In this document: piece by piece, positions 16,993-26,955 of the stretch
How positions within the stretch are numbered: position 1 is the stretch's first letter
Layout of the letters: each line of letters starts with the position of its first letter
Origin: an uncultured Candidatus Saccharibacteria bacterium
GTDB taxonomy: Bacteria > Patescibacteriota > Saccharimonadia > CAZHVB01
DNA: 64,000 nt
Assembly (NCBI GenBank): GCA_964600295.1
Contig: CAZRIY010000001.1
Span: 169,733-233,732 of the forward strand
Direction: 5' to 3'
Made by a program: the position numbers and the translations under genes
Notes under the pieces: generated by a model
The model's input: the letters and a program-made list of their open reading frames with translations, nothing else
Told to the model about the DNA's origin: nothing
The model's database searches: none

Positions 16993-18339
16993 CTAAACAT
17001 ACAACTTCTCCTTCAACTCGTAAACCGAACGCCGTAAGTAATGGTTATTTAACAGCGAACGCTCAACTTTTTTGACCGAATGGATAGCCGTGGTGTGATC
17101 GGACCGCCCGACCTGGCGAGCAATCTGGGGGAAGCTCAATTCGAGCTCGGTTCGCATTAGATACATCGCCACCTGCCGCGGCTCGGCGATTTGCTTGTGG
17201 CGCTTAGGGCTTATCAATTCTTCTACCGTTAGATTAAAAAACCGCGCGGTTTTTTCCAATACGATCTGGGGGTTGATGCGCCGCCCCTTAATGGCCGGGG
17301 GACTAATCATTTGTTCCACTAGCTCTAAAGACGGCACCAAACCACGCATCTCGCAATGGGCAAACAGCTTAATTAGGGCACCTTCGAGCTCGCGGATATT
17401 GGACTGAATATGGGTAGCCAGATATTCGACGACATCGGCTGGCACGGTGCGGCGGGCTTGGGCAATCTTGGCCTGCAGAATAACCATGCGGGTTTCGTAA
17501 TCGGGCGGCTGGATATCGGCCGTCATACCGCCGTCAAAACGGGAGCGCAAACGTTCCTCTAGCGTCGGGATGGCCCCGGGGGGCTTATCACTAGAGATAA
17601 TAATTTGTTTGTTGGCCTCGTGCAGTGAATTAAAGATATGGAAAAATTCTTCTTGGGCCTTCTCCTTGCCGGCAATAAACTGCATATCATCAACAATTAA
17701 GACATCGGCTGTACGGTAGCGGCTGGAGAAGGTTTTTTTGGCCAAAATTGCAGCCACAAATTCCTTAAAAAACCGCTCGCAGGTGGCGTATTCCACCTTA
17801 GCGTGGGGGTTGGTGGCCAATACCGCGCCGCCCACCGCCTGGATTAAGTGGGTTTTACCCAGTCCTACGCCGCCGTAAATAAATAAGGGATTATATTTGT
17901 TACCCGGGGCTTGGGCTACCGCTCGGGCCGCGGCATAGGCCAAATCATTGCTGGACCCTACCACAAAAGTCTCAAAACTATAGCGGGGGTTTAAACCTGA
18001 GGAATTGGGTCGAAACATACCTTGGGCGGGCGGGGGAACAGACAGCGGCTGGGGTGGGTTGGCACCCTCGATCGGCTGCACGCGGTACTCAAGGGTTTGG
18101 ACCTTAATGCCGTTGCGACGCAAAGTTTTGATAAGCAGCGGGTGGAACTTGGCTTCAAATTGGCGTTTGACAAAAATGCTGGGCACACCAATGATTACCC
18201 GGCCACCAACGCTCTCTAGCAGCGCGGTATGCTTAAACCAAGTAGTAAAGTTGGCCGAAGATACCGACACCTCGATTTCGCCCAATACTGATTGCCATAA
18301 CACACTGGTTGTCACTGTCTCACTTTGTCCCTTTTCCAT
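16993..18339 (-). CDS. dnaA: Chromosomal replication initiator DnaA
   Basis: Walker A GGVGLGKTHLIQAVG; sensor DVLIVDDMQFIAGKEKAQEEFFHIFNSL; C-terminal DnaA-box binding domain. The track ORF extends to 18402; the likely start is the internal Met (MEKGQSETVTTSVLWQSVLGEI...) at 18339. Confidence 0.9.
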   Translation of the reverse strand: MEKGQSETVTTSVLWQSVLGEIEVSVSSANFTTWFKHTALLESVGGRVIIGVPSIFVKRQFEAKFHPLLIKTLRRNGIKVQTLEYRVQPIEGANPPQPLSVPPPAQGMFRPNSSGLNPRYSFETFVVGSSNDLAYAAARAVAQAPGNKYNPLFIYGGVGLGKTHLIQAVGGAVLATNPHAKVEYATCERFFKEFVAAILAKKTFSSRYRTADVLIVDDMQFIAGKEKAQEEFFHIFNSLHEANKQIIISSDKPPGAIPTLEERLRSRFDGGMTADIQPPDYETRMVILQAKIAQARRTVPADVVEYLATHIQSNIRELEGALIKLFAHCEMRGLVPSLELVEQMISPPAIKGRRINPQIVLEKTARFFNLTVEELISPKRHKQIAEPRQVAMYLMRTELELSFPQIARQVGRSDHTTAIHSVKKVERSLLNNHYLRRSVYELKEKLYV

Positions 18340-18402
18340 TACTATACTAGCCGCTGGGACAGCTTTCCACAACCCGGCTGCCGAAAGCCCCAACAAGCGC
18401 AA

Positions 18403-18578
18403 ATATTATCCACACCACACCCCATACTCTGTAAAACTGTGGAAAAACCCCATGCCTTAGTGGAAAAACCACTTGACGCCGCCCGTCAAAAAGCCGTCTA
18501 ATGATTGAGCTAAAAAATTAGTCAATCTTGGACTTACGACTGTAATTTAGTGCCAACTTCTTATATGGTAGATACAAT
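18403..18578. promoter_or_regulatory. dnaA upstream region / second DnaA-box cluster and rpmH promoter region
   Basis: Perfect TTATCCACA at 18406..18414. Two TGTGGAAAA / AGTGGAAAA box-like sites (~18437-18462). Palindrome TTGACG-CCGCC-CGTCAA at 18473..18489. Confidence 0.5.
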
Positions 18579-18716
18579 ATGCCCAAACGAACTTTCCAAC
18601 CCAAAACCCGCCATAAGAAGCGCGTCCACGGCTTTTTTAAACGCATGAGCACGCGGGCCGGTCGCAACCTACTGGCACGTCGCCGCAACAAAGGCCGCCA
18701 GCGTCTGTCTCACTAA
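18579..18716 (+). CDS. rpmH: 50S ribosomal protein L34
   Basis: Translation [45 protein letters not shown] (45 aa), a canonical L34. Below the ORF-track length cutoff. Confidence 0.9.
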   Translation: MPKRTFQPKTRHKKRVHGFFKRMSTRAGRNLLARRRNKGRQRLSH

Positions 18717-18806
18717 ATCGGTAGTTAGTAGCTAGTATCTAGTAGCTGGGGTTGGGCTTTATTACTGGCTACCGTCCGCCAGCTACTGACTGCTAAACTA
18801 AAACAT

Positions 18807-19148
18807 ATGCTGAGTCGCCGTTATCGTTTGCGCAACCGCCACGATTTTAACCGAGTCTATCGGGCCGGTAAAAGCGTCCGCAGTTCGTTGATGACGCTCA
18901 GATGCTTGGCCAATGGTTCGGCCACCAGCCGGGCCGCGGTGGTGGTTAGTACTAAGGTGGCCAAGCGGGCCACGGTACGCAACCGGCTGCGCCGTCGAAT
19001 CCACGCCCAGCTGACACAGCTATGGCCCCAGCTTGCCCCCGGCTACGACCTGATAATTAGCTTTAACCAAGATGCCAGCTCGCTGCCACCAATCGAGTTG
19101 ACCGCCCAATTAGTCGCTGGTTTGAAGCGGCTGGGCATTCTCAAGTGA
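18807..19148 (+). CDS. rnpA: Ribonuclease P protein component
   Basis: 113 aa basic protein (RRYRLRNRHDFNRVYRAGKSVRSSLMTL...) directly downstream of rpmH. Confidence 0.85.
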   Translation: MLSRRYRLRNRHDFNRVYRAGKSVRSSLMTLRCLANGSATSRAAVVVSTKVAKRATVRNRLRRRIHAQLTQLWPQLAPGYDLIISFNQDASSLPPIELTAQLVAGLKRLGILK

Positions 19149-19305
19149 TATAGTTGCTCGCTTTGCTCGCAAGCCGGTATAATTGTGGGATTGTAATTAA
19201 GGCCTCACCACTCGACGCGCTCCGCTTGCTCGCGGCAAGCCACAAGAAGAGTGACTCCGAGCGAAGTCGAGAAGCCAACTGTGCGTTGGGGCCAGAGGAA
19301 CCGCG

Positions 19306-20073
19306 ATGTTAAGAACGATTTTGGTTAACCCCTTATTTAATATCCTGCTGCTAATCTATGCCCTAATTCCAGGGCACGATTTTGGTTTGGCGGTGATTAT
19401 CCTGACCATCTTGATCCGACTGCTGCTGTGGCCGCTAGTCAAACGCCAATTGCACCACCAAAAAGCCATGAAAGAGCTGCAACCGGAAATTGCCAAGATT
19501 AAGGCCAAAACCAAGGGCGACCGCCAAAAGGAAAGCCAAATGATGGTGGAATTGTTCAAGGAAAAGGAAATTAACCCCTTTGGCTCACTGGGCTTGGCGC
19601 TGCTGCAGTTCCCAATTTTAATCGCTCTGTTTTTTGTACTGCGCCAAATTACCGATCCGGGTAGCTTCGGCCCCATCCTCTATAGCTGGGTAGAAGAACT
19701 CAAAGTCGTGGCCGATATTGTTGCCCAACCCAACAGTTTTGACCCGACCTTTTTGGGTTTGGTGCACATGGCCAAACCCAATATCGTACTGGCGCTATTG
19801 GCCGGCTTGGCCCAGTACGCCCAGGCTCGCCAGCTGATGCCGAAAAACACCACCAAAACTGGACCGCTCGCCAACTTGGGTTTTAACATGACGCTAATTT
19901 TTCCGATTCTAACCGTGGCCATCGCCGCCCAATTACCCTCGGCCCTAGCCCTCTACTGGGCTGCCAGCTCGGCCGTGGCGGTTATCCAGCAGCAGCTGGT
20001 GCTGTCCGATGAAGTTGGTTTCATGCGCAAGTTAACCCCCGCTAGGTTTAAGAACGATGATGCCGGCCAATGA
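19306..20073 (+). CDS. yidC: Membrane protein insertase YidC/Oxa1 family (short Gram-positive-type)
   Basis: 255 aa, 5 TM; the LLWPLVKRQLHHQKAMKELQPEIAKIKAKTKGDRQK helix-hairpin region is typical of YidC. Follows rnpA. Confidence 0.85.
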   Translation: MLRTILVNPLFNILLLIYALIPGHDFGLAVIILTILIRLLLWPLVKRQLHHQKAMKELQPEIAKIKAKTKGDRQKESQMMVELFKEKEINPFGSLGLALLQFPILIALFFVLRQITDPGSFGPILYSWVEELKVVADIVAQPNSFDPTFLGLVHMAKPNIVLALLAGLAQYAQARQLMPKNTTKTGPLANLGFNMTLIFPILTVAIAAQLPSALALYWAASSAVAVIQQQLVLSDEVGFMRKLTPARFKNDDAGQ

Positions 20074-20518
20074 ATTTGCCCGCCGTTATCTAGAAGACCT
20101 GCTGAGTTTTTTTGGTCTCAATACCAGCGTAGAAGACCAGTTGGTCGATAGCACTGTCGAGCTGATGGTGCCTTCTAGCCGCCTCAACGGTTTCCTGATA
20201 GGCCAACGGGGACAGAATTTACAGTCGATGCAACACTTAACCAATATGGCCGTGCGGCGCGGCGGCTATGAGGATGTAACGGTAGTGATTGACGTGGCCG
20301 GCTACAAAAAGCAGCGCTACGAGCGGCTGGCCAGACAGGCGCAGGGTATAGCCGAGGAGGTGCTGGCTAGCGGTCAGGATCGCGAGCTGGAACCAATGAA
20401 TCCGGCCGAACGGCGGGTGGTCCACCAAGCCATCGGTGAAATCGAGGGCCTATCCAGCGACAGCAGCGGCGAGGGCCGCGATCGCCACATTGTTATCAAG
20501 AAAACTGATAGCTCTTAA
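20057..20518 (+). CDS. jag: Jag/KhpB R3H-domain RNA-binding protein
   Basis: 153 aa; the C-terminal R3H region (ERRVVHQAIGEIEGLSS) follows a KH-like domain. Overlaps the yidC end, as in the conserved yidC-jag arrangement. Confidence 0.75.
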   Translation: MMPANEFARRYLEDLLSFFGLNTSVEDQLVDSTVELMVPSSRLNGFLIGQRGQNLQSMQHLTNMAVRRGGYEDVTVVIDVAGYKKQRYERLARQAQGIAEEVLASGQDRELEPMNPAERRVVHQAIGEIEGLSSDSSGEGRDRHIVIKKTDSS

Positions 20519-20764
20519 TATTCTTTTCTAACTACTTTTGTAACCAACCCCTTTTCGCTACCCTTGGCAGCAAAGGTAGCGCCAAACTGTCGGCTAAAGC
20601 TCACAAACGCTATGTGTACCCGTCCTAGAATCGGCTAGCCTGCGGAACTCGCTTTCTGGCTCGGCCTAAAGGCTGGTCCTCGGCTCAAGACGCCAATATC
20701 AGTCCTCGTCCACATAGGTCTGTTCGATAGCCGATTCTTAATTCAACTCGGTTTTCTTTATGTT

Positions 20765-21859
20765 CTAGTTGTCTAGGGCGTCGCGGTAGACTTCTAGCGT
20801 CTGAGTAGCCATCTTGGCCCAGGAGAAGTGTTTTAGACGCTGCTGACCAGCCTGAATCAGGCTTTGGCGCAAAGACCGGTCCTCCAGCAATTGCGTGATG
20901 CGGGCGGCCATACCGTCCGGATTGAGGGGATCAAAATAGAGCGCGGCCCCTTCACAAACTTCCGAATAAGCGCCATTGTTGGCGGCCAGTACCGGGGCGC
21001 GGTGGCACATGGCTTCTAGAGCCTGCAGACCGAAGCCCTCGGATATTGAGGGCAAGACCACGGCGGCGGAGTGTTCGTAGGCCCAGGCCAGCTGAGAATC
21101 GCTGATATAGCCCAACCATACTACCCGATCGCTCAAATTCAGCTGGCTAACCCGCTGTTTCAACTCTTCCTCGGCCGGTCCCATATTTCCGGCCAGCGCC
21201 AGCTGAATAGTTGGATGATCGGCGGCTACGGTGCCGAAAGCGTCGAGTAAGCGCGGCAGATTTTTATGGGGATAGGCGTTGCCGACGTAGAGCAAGAATT
21301 GGTGATTGGCCAAGGGTTCAACTGGCCGCGGATGATCACTAATTGGCCCCGCCGCCTCGTTAATCACCATGGTCTTGGCCGCGGCTCCCGGAAAACGCTG
21401 GTTCAGCACGTCTCGGGTATGTTCCAACGGTACGATTATCCGGTCGGTACTGGCCACTACGCGTTTGGCCACAAATTTGAGACCCCACAGTTTGTAGCGT
21501 TTGTACCAAGCGGCCAGCTCGGTGGGATCTAGCATCTGCAAATCATGGATGGTGGTAACCGTACGTCCTTTATAAAATGCCGGGCGGTTGATGGCAGTAA
21601 AATGGACCAAATCCGGCTTGAGGCTGGCGATAAACCGCGCCAAACCGAACTGCTCCTTGATGGGGTGATAGGGTGGCGCATCAAAGTTTAACACCTCAAA
21701 GTTGGGAGAGCTGGGGCGCCACTTGGCCCGCTGCTTGGACGACATTATTACCAGGTATTGGTTTTGTTGGTCCTGCTTTTGCAACTCATCCAGCAAGTTA
21801 ACGGTATAGCGGCCCACACCTGTCCAGTGGATCATGCGCCCGTCGATCACGATTCTCAC
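20765..21859 (-). CDS. Glycosyltransferase family 1 (GT4-type)
   Basis: C-terminal EGFGLQALEAMCHRAPVLAANNGAYSEV is the GT-B EX7E region. 4-nt overlap with the upstream GT2 gene. Confidence 0.8.
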   Translation of the reverse strand: MRIVIDGRMIHWTGVGRYTVNLLDELQKQDQQNQYLVIMSSKQRAKWRPSSPNFEVLNFDAPPYHPIKEQFGLARFIASLKPDLVHFTAINRPAFYKGRTVTTIHDLQMLDPTELAAWYKRYKLWGLKFVAKRVVASTDRIIVPLEHTRDVLNQRFPGAAAKTMVINEAAGPISDHPRPVEPLANHQFLLYVGNAYPHKNLPRLLDAFGTVAADHPTIQLALAGNMGPAEEELKQRVSQLNLSDRVVWLGYISDSQLAWAYEHSAAVVLPSISEGFGLQALEAMCHRAPVLAANNGAYSEVCEGAALYFDPLNPDGMAARITQLLEDRSLRQSLIQAGQQRLKHFSWAKMATQTLEVYRDALDN

Positions 21860-22860
21860 TTGGTACCTCGCAGTCGTTTGGCCAGCCTCAGCAGGCTGGT
21901 TTGGGTGGGCGGGATACCGTGGTAGAGCCGGGCGTCCAACTGAGCGATCGATATCCGCCGGTGCCGCTGGATCCGCCAGCGCTTGGCTAGAATGGAGGGA
22001 AGATTAATTAGCACCTTGGCGTAAGCCGAAAATAGCGATTTAAATAGTCGCCGTTTGAGGTTATACAGCTCTAGCGTATTGGCGGTAATCATAAAGCGGG
22101 GTAGGTATTTCCAAAAGAGTGGCGCCGGCATGTTTTTGAGGTAAAGATAGTAAAAGTTTTTAAGGGTATGGTAGCGGGTGAATTGCCCCAGTTTAGAGCT
22201 AGTAGCACCGATTTGATGATAGGCCACTGCCCCTGGTTCATAGACTATCTGCCAGCCGGCCAGCTGGGCGCGAAAACTGAGGTCGACATCTTCATAGTAG
22301 GCAAAAAAGGCCTCATCAAATAAACCAATATCGCGGAATAGGCCGGCTCGGTAGAGGCTAGCGCCGCCGGTAGCGGCAAACACAAATTCAACTTGGTTAT
22401 ATTGCCCAGTGTTGGTTTGATTGCGGCCGCGAGGGAAGGGCAGCCCCCAAGTTGAATACTGGTCCCCCGTACTATCAATCTTTGGCGCGGTCTTTGATTG
22501 CTGCAGGAGTTTACCTGTAACAATGCCGATTTTGGGGCCAAGCTGCATACGCTTGACCAATTTTTCCAGCCAATACTTATCGGCTGTGGCGTCGTTATTA
22601 AAAAGAGCAATGTAATCGGCTTTTTGTTCAAGAGCGTGTTCGATACCGCGGTTAACCCCTCCGGCAAAGCCATAGTTCTTGTCGAGTTGAATAAGTTCAA
22701 CGCTAGGGAAGTTTTTCTTGATGTAAGCTGCTGAACCATCGGTGGAACCGTTTTCGACCACTACGATATCAGCCGGCAGCGATTGCTTCTTTAATGAGCG
22801 CAAACACTGGCCAATAACCGCCTTACCATTCCAATTTGGGACTACTACTGTTACTTTCAT
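21856..22860 (-). CDS. Glycosyltransferase family 2
   Basis: N-terminus MKVTVVVPNWNGKAVIGQCLRSLKKQSLPADIVVVENGSTDGS is the GT-A DXD-type fold. Confidence 0.8.
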   Translation of the reverse strand: MKVTVVVPNWNGKAVIGQCLRSLKKQSLPADIVVVENGSTDGSAAYIKKNFPSVELIQLDKNYGFAGGVNRGIEHALEQKADYIALFNNDATADKYWLEKLVKRMQLGPKIGIVTGKLLQQSKTAPKIDSTGDQYSTWGLPFPRGRNQTNTGQYNQVEFVFAATGGASLYRAGLFRDIGLFDEAFFAYYEDVDLSFRAQLAGWQIVYEPGAVAYHQIGATSSKLGQFTRYHTLKNFYYLYLKNMPAPLFWKYLPRFMITANTLELYNLKRRLFKSLFSAYAKVLINLPSILAKRWRIQRHRRISIAQLDARLYHGIPPTQTSLLRLAKRLRGTK

Positions 22861-22897
22861 CGCGTTGGTACTAACAGTAGTTTATACTGATACCGAT

Positions 22898-23707
22898 ATG
22901 ACCGAAAGCAACCTGCTGGGCCACGTTTTTAGCAAGCAAAAACGTTCGTTGCTGCGGCAGCTGGTAATTACCGATTTTAAGTTGCGCTACCAGGGTTCGA
23001 TGCTGGGCTACCTTTGGTCGATAGTTCGGCCACTGGCCCTGTTTACCGTACTGTACTTCGTCTTTTCACATATCTTCCGTTTTGGTGACTCAATACCTGC
23101 GTACCCTGCCTATTTATTGCTTGGGATCGTAGTGTGGACCTTCTTTGTAGAGGCAACCAATATGGGCATGCAATCGATCGTTGGCAGGGGAGACTTAATC
23201 CGAAAGGTAACAATACCAAAGTGGACAATTGTACTATCCACGTCTTTTACGGCCTTTATTAATTTTGGGATTAATTTAATAGTTGCCATGATATTTGCCA
23301 TTCCCCTGGGCACGCAACTGATCGAAGGGATTTGGATATTACCCCTCTTAATTATCGAGCTGTTTGTTCTAGCAGTTGGCGTATCCTTCTTGCTGGCGGC
23401 CCTCTATGTGCGTTTTCGTGATATGGCCTTCATTTGGGAACTAATCTTACAAGTAGCCTTTTATGCTACGCCTATAATTTATCCTTTAAGCTTGGTCCCT
23501 GAACGCTTCCAAAAAATTATGCTATTCAATCCAGTGGCACAGATCATCCAGGATGCCCGCTATGTACTGGTGACACCCAAGACTACCACTGCCCCCCAGG
23601 TACTAGGGGCGTACAGCTTTGTTCCTATAGTTATTGTTTTGTCACTGGCGATACTGGCGGCTCTCTATTTTAGGAAAGCCTCGCGTGATTTTGCGGAGAA
23701 TGTTTAA
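22898..23707 (+). CDS. ABC-2 type polysaccharide exporter permease (Wzm/TagG-like)
   Basis: 6-TM ABC-2 permease. Start assigned to the internal Met (MTESNLLGHVFSKQKRSLLRQLVITDFKLRYQGSMLGYLW), because the track start 22742 would overlap the divergent GT2 gene. Confidence 0.75.
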   Translation: MTESNLLGHVFSKQKRSLLRQLVITDFKLRYQGSMLGYLWSIVRPLALFTVLYFVFSHIFRFGDSIPAYPAYLLLGIVVWTFFVEATNMGMQSIVGRGDLIRKVTIPKWTIVLSTSFTAFINFGINLIVAMIFAIPLGTQLIEGIWILPLLIIELFVLAVGVSFLLAALYVRFRDMAFIWELILQVAFYATPIIYPLSLVPERFQKIMLFNPVAQIIQDARYVLVTPKTTTAPQVLGAYSFVPIVIVLSLAILAALYFRKASRDFAENV

Positions 23708-24936
23708 TGGAAAGCGCAGTGGAGGTCAAAAATTTAAGTAAAATCTTTCGCTTACCGCACGATCGTTCTAATACCTTGAAGCAAACACTGATTAATTTTG
23801 GACGAAATCATTCATACGAAGAACTAAGAGCGCTGGATAAAATTAGCTTTAAAATCAAAAAAGGAGAGTTCTTTGGGGTAGTCGGCCGCAATGGTAGCGG
23901 CAAAAGTACGCTGCTCAAAATTCTGGCTGGAATTTATACCCCCACCTCAGGCGAAATAAAGGTTAACGGGGAGTTAACACCTTTTATTGAACTCGGTATC
24001 GGGTTTAATCCCGAGCTCACTGGTCGCGAAAACGTTTTTCTGAACGGAGCTATCCTTGGGCTCACCGAAAAGGAAGTGGCCAACAAATACGATGAAATAG
24101 TTGCCTTTGCTGAGCTACAAAGATTTATGGATCAAAAACTCAAAAATTACTCTTCGGGTATGCAAGTAAGATTGGCATTTTCGATAGCCATCCAGGCTCA
24201 TAACGAAATCCTGCTGATAGATGAAGTTTTGGCGGTGGGGGATGTAGCCTTCCAGCAGAAATGCTTCGAATTCTTCAGACAATTAAAAAAACGAAAAGAC
24301 AAAACAGTCATTTTGGTTACCCACGATATGGAAACTATCCGCCGATTCTGCTCCAACGCCATCTTAATAGACGACGGTACGATAATACGTGGTGGTTCGC
24401 CGCAGAATATTGCCGAGATGTATGAAAACATTAATCTGCGTTCAGCCGAAGAAAGACTGGAGCAGGAGAACCAAGGTATCCAAAAAAAGAAGCGCCAGGG
24501 TAATCAAAAAGCTGTAATTGAGAAGACTGAAACCTACAATGTGAAATCCGGAAAAGTTCAATTTACCTTCAATGCTAGTGAGTCAATCGGTGTGCGCATT
24601 AACTTCAAATGCATGGAGGATATTTCGGCTCCTGCTGTCGGCTTCATCTTCCAGGATCGCGACGATATAACTGTCTTTGCTGCCAATAATCAAATACTAG
24701 GTGTTACTACAAAGCCGCTGCAAAGTGATCAGACGCTTATCATGGAGGCCACGATAGGAAATGTGTTTACGGATGGGGAGTACACCATTACCTGCGCGAT
24801 AGAGAGCGATGATTTATCTATCATCTACGACAGAATTGAATATATTCACAAGTTTATTATCGGCGGACATAAACTTTCCCATGCCACCACCCATCCACCA
24901 CAGCAAATGACAATTAAATATCTAACCAAAACTTAA
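23707..24936 (+). CDS. ABC transporter ATP-binding protein (Wzt/TagH-like) with C-terminal extra domain
   Basis: Walker A GRNGSGKSTLLKILAG; signature LSGGMQ-like YSSGMQVRLAF; Walker B ILLIDEVLAVGD. A ~150-aa C-terminal domain follows, as in Wzt O-polysaccharide-binding domains. Confidence 0.8.
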   Translation: MESAVEVKNLSKIFRLPHDRSNTLKQTLINFGRNHSYEELRALDKISFKIKKGEFFGVVGRNGSGKSTLLKILAGIYTPTSGEIKVNGELTPFIELGIGFNPELTGRENVFLNGAILGLTEKEVANKYDEIVAFAELQRFMDQKLKNYSSGMQVRLAFSIAIQAHNEILLIDEVLAVGDVAFQQKCFEFFRQLKKRKDKTVILVTHDMETIRRFCSNAILIDDGTIIRGGSPQNIAEMYENINLRSAEERLEQENQGIQKKKRQGNQKAVIEKTETYNVKSGKVQFTFNASESIGVRINFKCMEDISAPAVGFIFQDRDDITVFAANNQILGVTTKPLQSDQTLIMEATIGNVFTDGEYTITCAIESDDLSIIYDRIEYIHKFIIGGHKLSHATTHPPQQMTIKYLTKT

Positions 24937-24946
24937 TTCTAAGAGC

Positions 24947-26953
24947 ATGGAAAATTACCCCGAGCATAGCCACAATAAAGAGCTAGAAAAAATTATTCAA
25001 AAACTCAAGAACCAACAGGAATATATTGAGTGGCTGGAGAATGAACTTGCCCATATCCAAGCCTCCAAGGGCTGGAAGTTGATAAAAGTTATTAGAGCTA
25101 TTGTTTATCCACTCAGGGTAAGGTTAGTAGGTGCAGCTTTCTATATTCTCAAACGCATACCCGTAATAGGCAAAAAAATAAAACAGCTGGATGCAAGTCT
25201 GCTTTGGAAGGAAAACCATGAGAAAAGGCGGAAGGATTATCAAAAATGGTTTGCTAAAAATTTCCCTGATGCCGCAAGTCTAAAATCGCAGGAGGCGGCC
25301 AGCCAAAAATTTACAAACAGCCCGCTGATTAGCATTATTCTGCCGACATACAACACCCCGACACAATTTTTACGCCGGTGTATTGAATCGGTGTTGAACC
25401 AGACCTATCGGAATTGGCAGTTATGCGTTGCGGATGATGCCTCCACCGATTCCGGCGTAAGAGAGATAATCAAAGAATATGCGGCAAAAGATCCTCGTAT
25501 AAAGTACATTTTCCGCGGTCGCAACGGCCATATCTGCCGGGCTTCAAATTCGTCACTTAAGATAGCCGACGGTGAATACGTGGCGCTCTTGGATCATGAT
25601 GATCTACTTTGGCCAAACGCCCTATATGAGAACGTCAAGGTTCTTAATCAACATCCTCGGGCAGATTTTATATACAGCGATGAAGACAAACTAGAAGAAG
25701 ATGGGACAACCCATTCCGATCCTTTCTTTAAACCAGACTGGAGCCCGGACTACTTAAGAGCGGTCAACTACATTACTCACTTCGCCCTCATTAGGAAAAA
25801 ATTGGTAGATCAGACGGGTGGCTTTCGCCCCGGTTATGAGGGTACCCAAGACTGGGATCTCTTCTTGCGCATCAGCAACGTTACCGATTCGATTTTTCAC
25901 ATACCCAAGGTTCTTTATAGTTGGCGAAAATCTCCGCACTCAACTGCCAGCCAGGCAAGCGCGAAAGATTATGCTTATATCAATCAGAAAAAAGCCCTTG
26001 CAGACGACGCCAAAAGCCGCGGATACAAGGTAGCCATTGCCTGGACGGTACCTTATTTAACCTGGCGCCTGAAGTACGAATTAAAGGGTAAGCCACTAGT
26101 TTCAATCATAATACCCACCAAAGATCAGTATCGATATATTAAAAAATGTCTGAACTCCATCCTTAGAAAAAGCAGCTACCCAAATTATGAGTTAATAATT
26201 GTGGATACCGGCTCGAAAGATCCCAAAGTCCAGAAGCTCTACGAAGCTGTCAAAAAACAGCATCCTAAAACGCGGGTATCGCACTGGGATAAACCATTTA
26301 ATTTCGCGGCCGTCTGTAATTACGGCGCCGAACAGGCCAAGGGATCTTACCTACTGTTTTTAAATAATGATACTGAAGTGATTACGCCCAATTGGATCGA
26401 AGGAATGCTAGAGCATGCTCAACGTCCTGAAGTTGCAGCCGTTGGCTGCAAGTTGCTTTATGGGGATGGGAAGATTCAGCATGCAGGTGTAGTTTTGGGA
26501 ATTGGCGCCTTTAAAACTACTCCAGGTGTAGCAGGGCACCTTTTTCAAGGATACATCGACAGCCCGCCCAGCGATCCTTATCAGAATATTTACACCAAAG
26601 GCGTCAGAAACTTATCGGCAGTTACGGCTGCTTGTCTGATGGTAGCCAAAGACAGATTCGATAAGGTCAAAGGCTTTGACCCAAAGTTCAGAATAGCTTT
26701 TAACGATGTCGACCTTTGCCTAAAACTAAGGAGCCAGGGTTGGTGTAACATCTATACCCCACATGTTGAACTTTATCACTACGAATCGGTATCGGTAGGT
26801 AAGCCAGGATCAGACGAACGAGACATGAAGGAGCTCATAAAAGAAGCCCGAATAATGGGGGAGAGATGGAACTGGAAATTTCTGAGTAATGATCCCTACT
26901 ATAACCCAAATTTCAGGAGAGATACGGCCGATGCTAGGCTGAAGTTGAAATAG
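24947..26953 (+). CDS. Bifunctional glycosyltransferase with two tandem GT2 domains
   Basis: Two GT-A signatures, PLISIILPTYNTPTQFLRRCIESVLNQTY...DDASTD and PLVSIIIPTKDQYRYIKKCLNSIL..., after an N-terminal coiled-coil. Confidence 0.75.
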   Translation: MENYPEHSHNKELEKIIQKLKNQQEYIEWLENELAHIQASKGWKLIKVIRAIVYPLRVRLVGAAFYILKRIPVIGKKIKQLDASLLWKENHEKRRKDYQKWFAKNFPDAASLKSQEAASQKFTNSPLISIILPTYNTPTQFLRRCIESVLNQTYRNWQLCVADDASTDSGVREIIKEYAAKDPRIKYIFRGRNGHICRASNSSLKIADGEYVALLDHDDLLWPNALYENVKVLNQHPRADFIYSDEDKLEEDGTTHSDPFFKPDWSPDYLRAVNYITHFALIRKKLVDQTGGFRPGYEGTQDWDLFLRISNVTDSIFHIPKVLYSWRKSPHSTASQASAKDYAYINQKKALADDAKSRGYKVAIAWTVPYLTWRLKYELKGKPLVSIIIPTKDQYRYIKKCLNSILRKSSYPNYELIIVDTGSKDPKVQKLYEAVKKQHPKTRVSHWDKPFNFAAVCNYGAEQAKGSYLLFLNNDTEVITPNWIEGMLEHAQRPEVAAVGCKLLYGDGKIQHAGVVLGIGAFKTTPGVAGHLFQGYIDSPPSDPYQNIYTKGVRNLSAVTAACLMVAKDRFDKVKGFDPKFRIAFNDVDLCLKLRSQGWCNIYTPHVELYHYESVSVGKPGSDERDMKELIKEARIMGERWNWKFLSNDPYYNPNFRRDTADARLKLK

Positions 26954-26955
26954 GT

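Noticed and set aside
18005-18460. 151-aa plus-strand ORF
   Set aside because: It is antisense to the dnaA N-terminus and the oriC DnaA-box region.
20519-20764. Possible small ncRNA (SRP/6S) in the 245-bp convergent intergenic region after jag
   Set aside because: It contains a hairpin (CGCTACC...GGTAGCG) that is probably the jag terminator. No SRP domain IV motif or tmRNA/RNase P signature was recognisable by eye.
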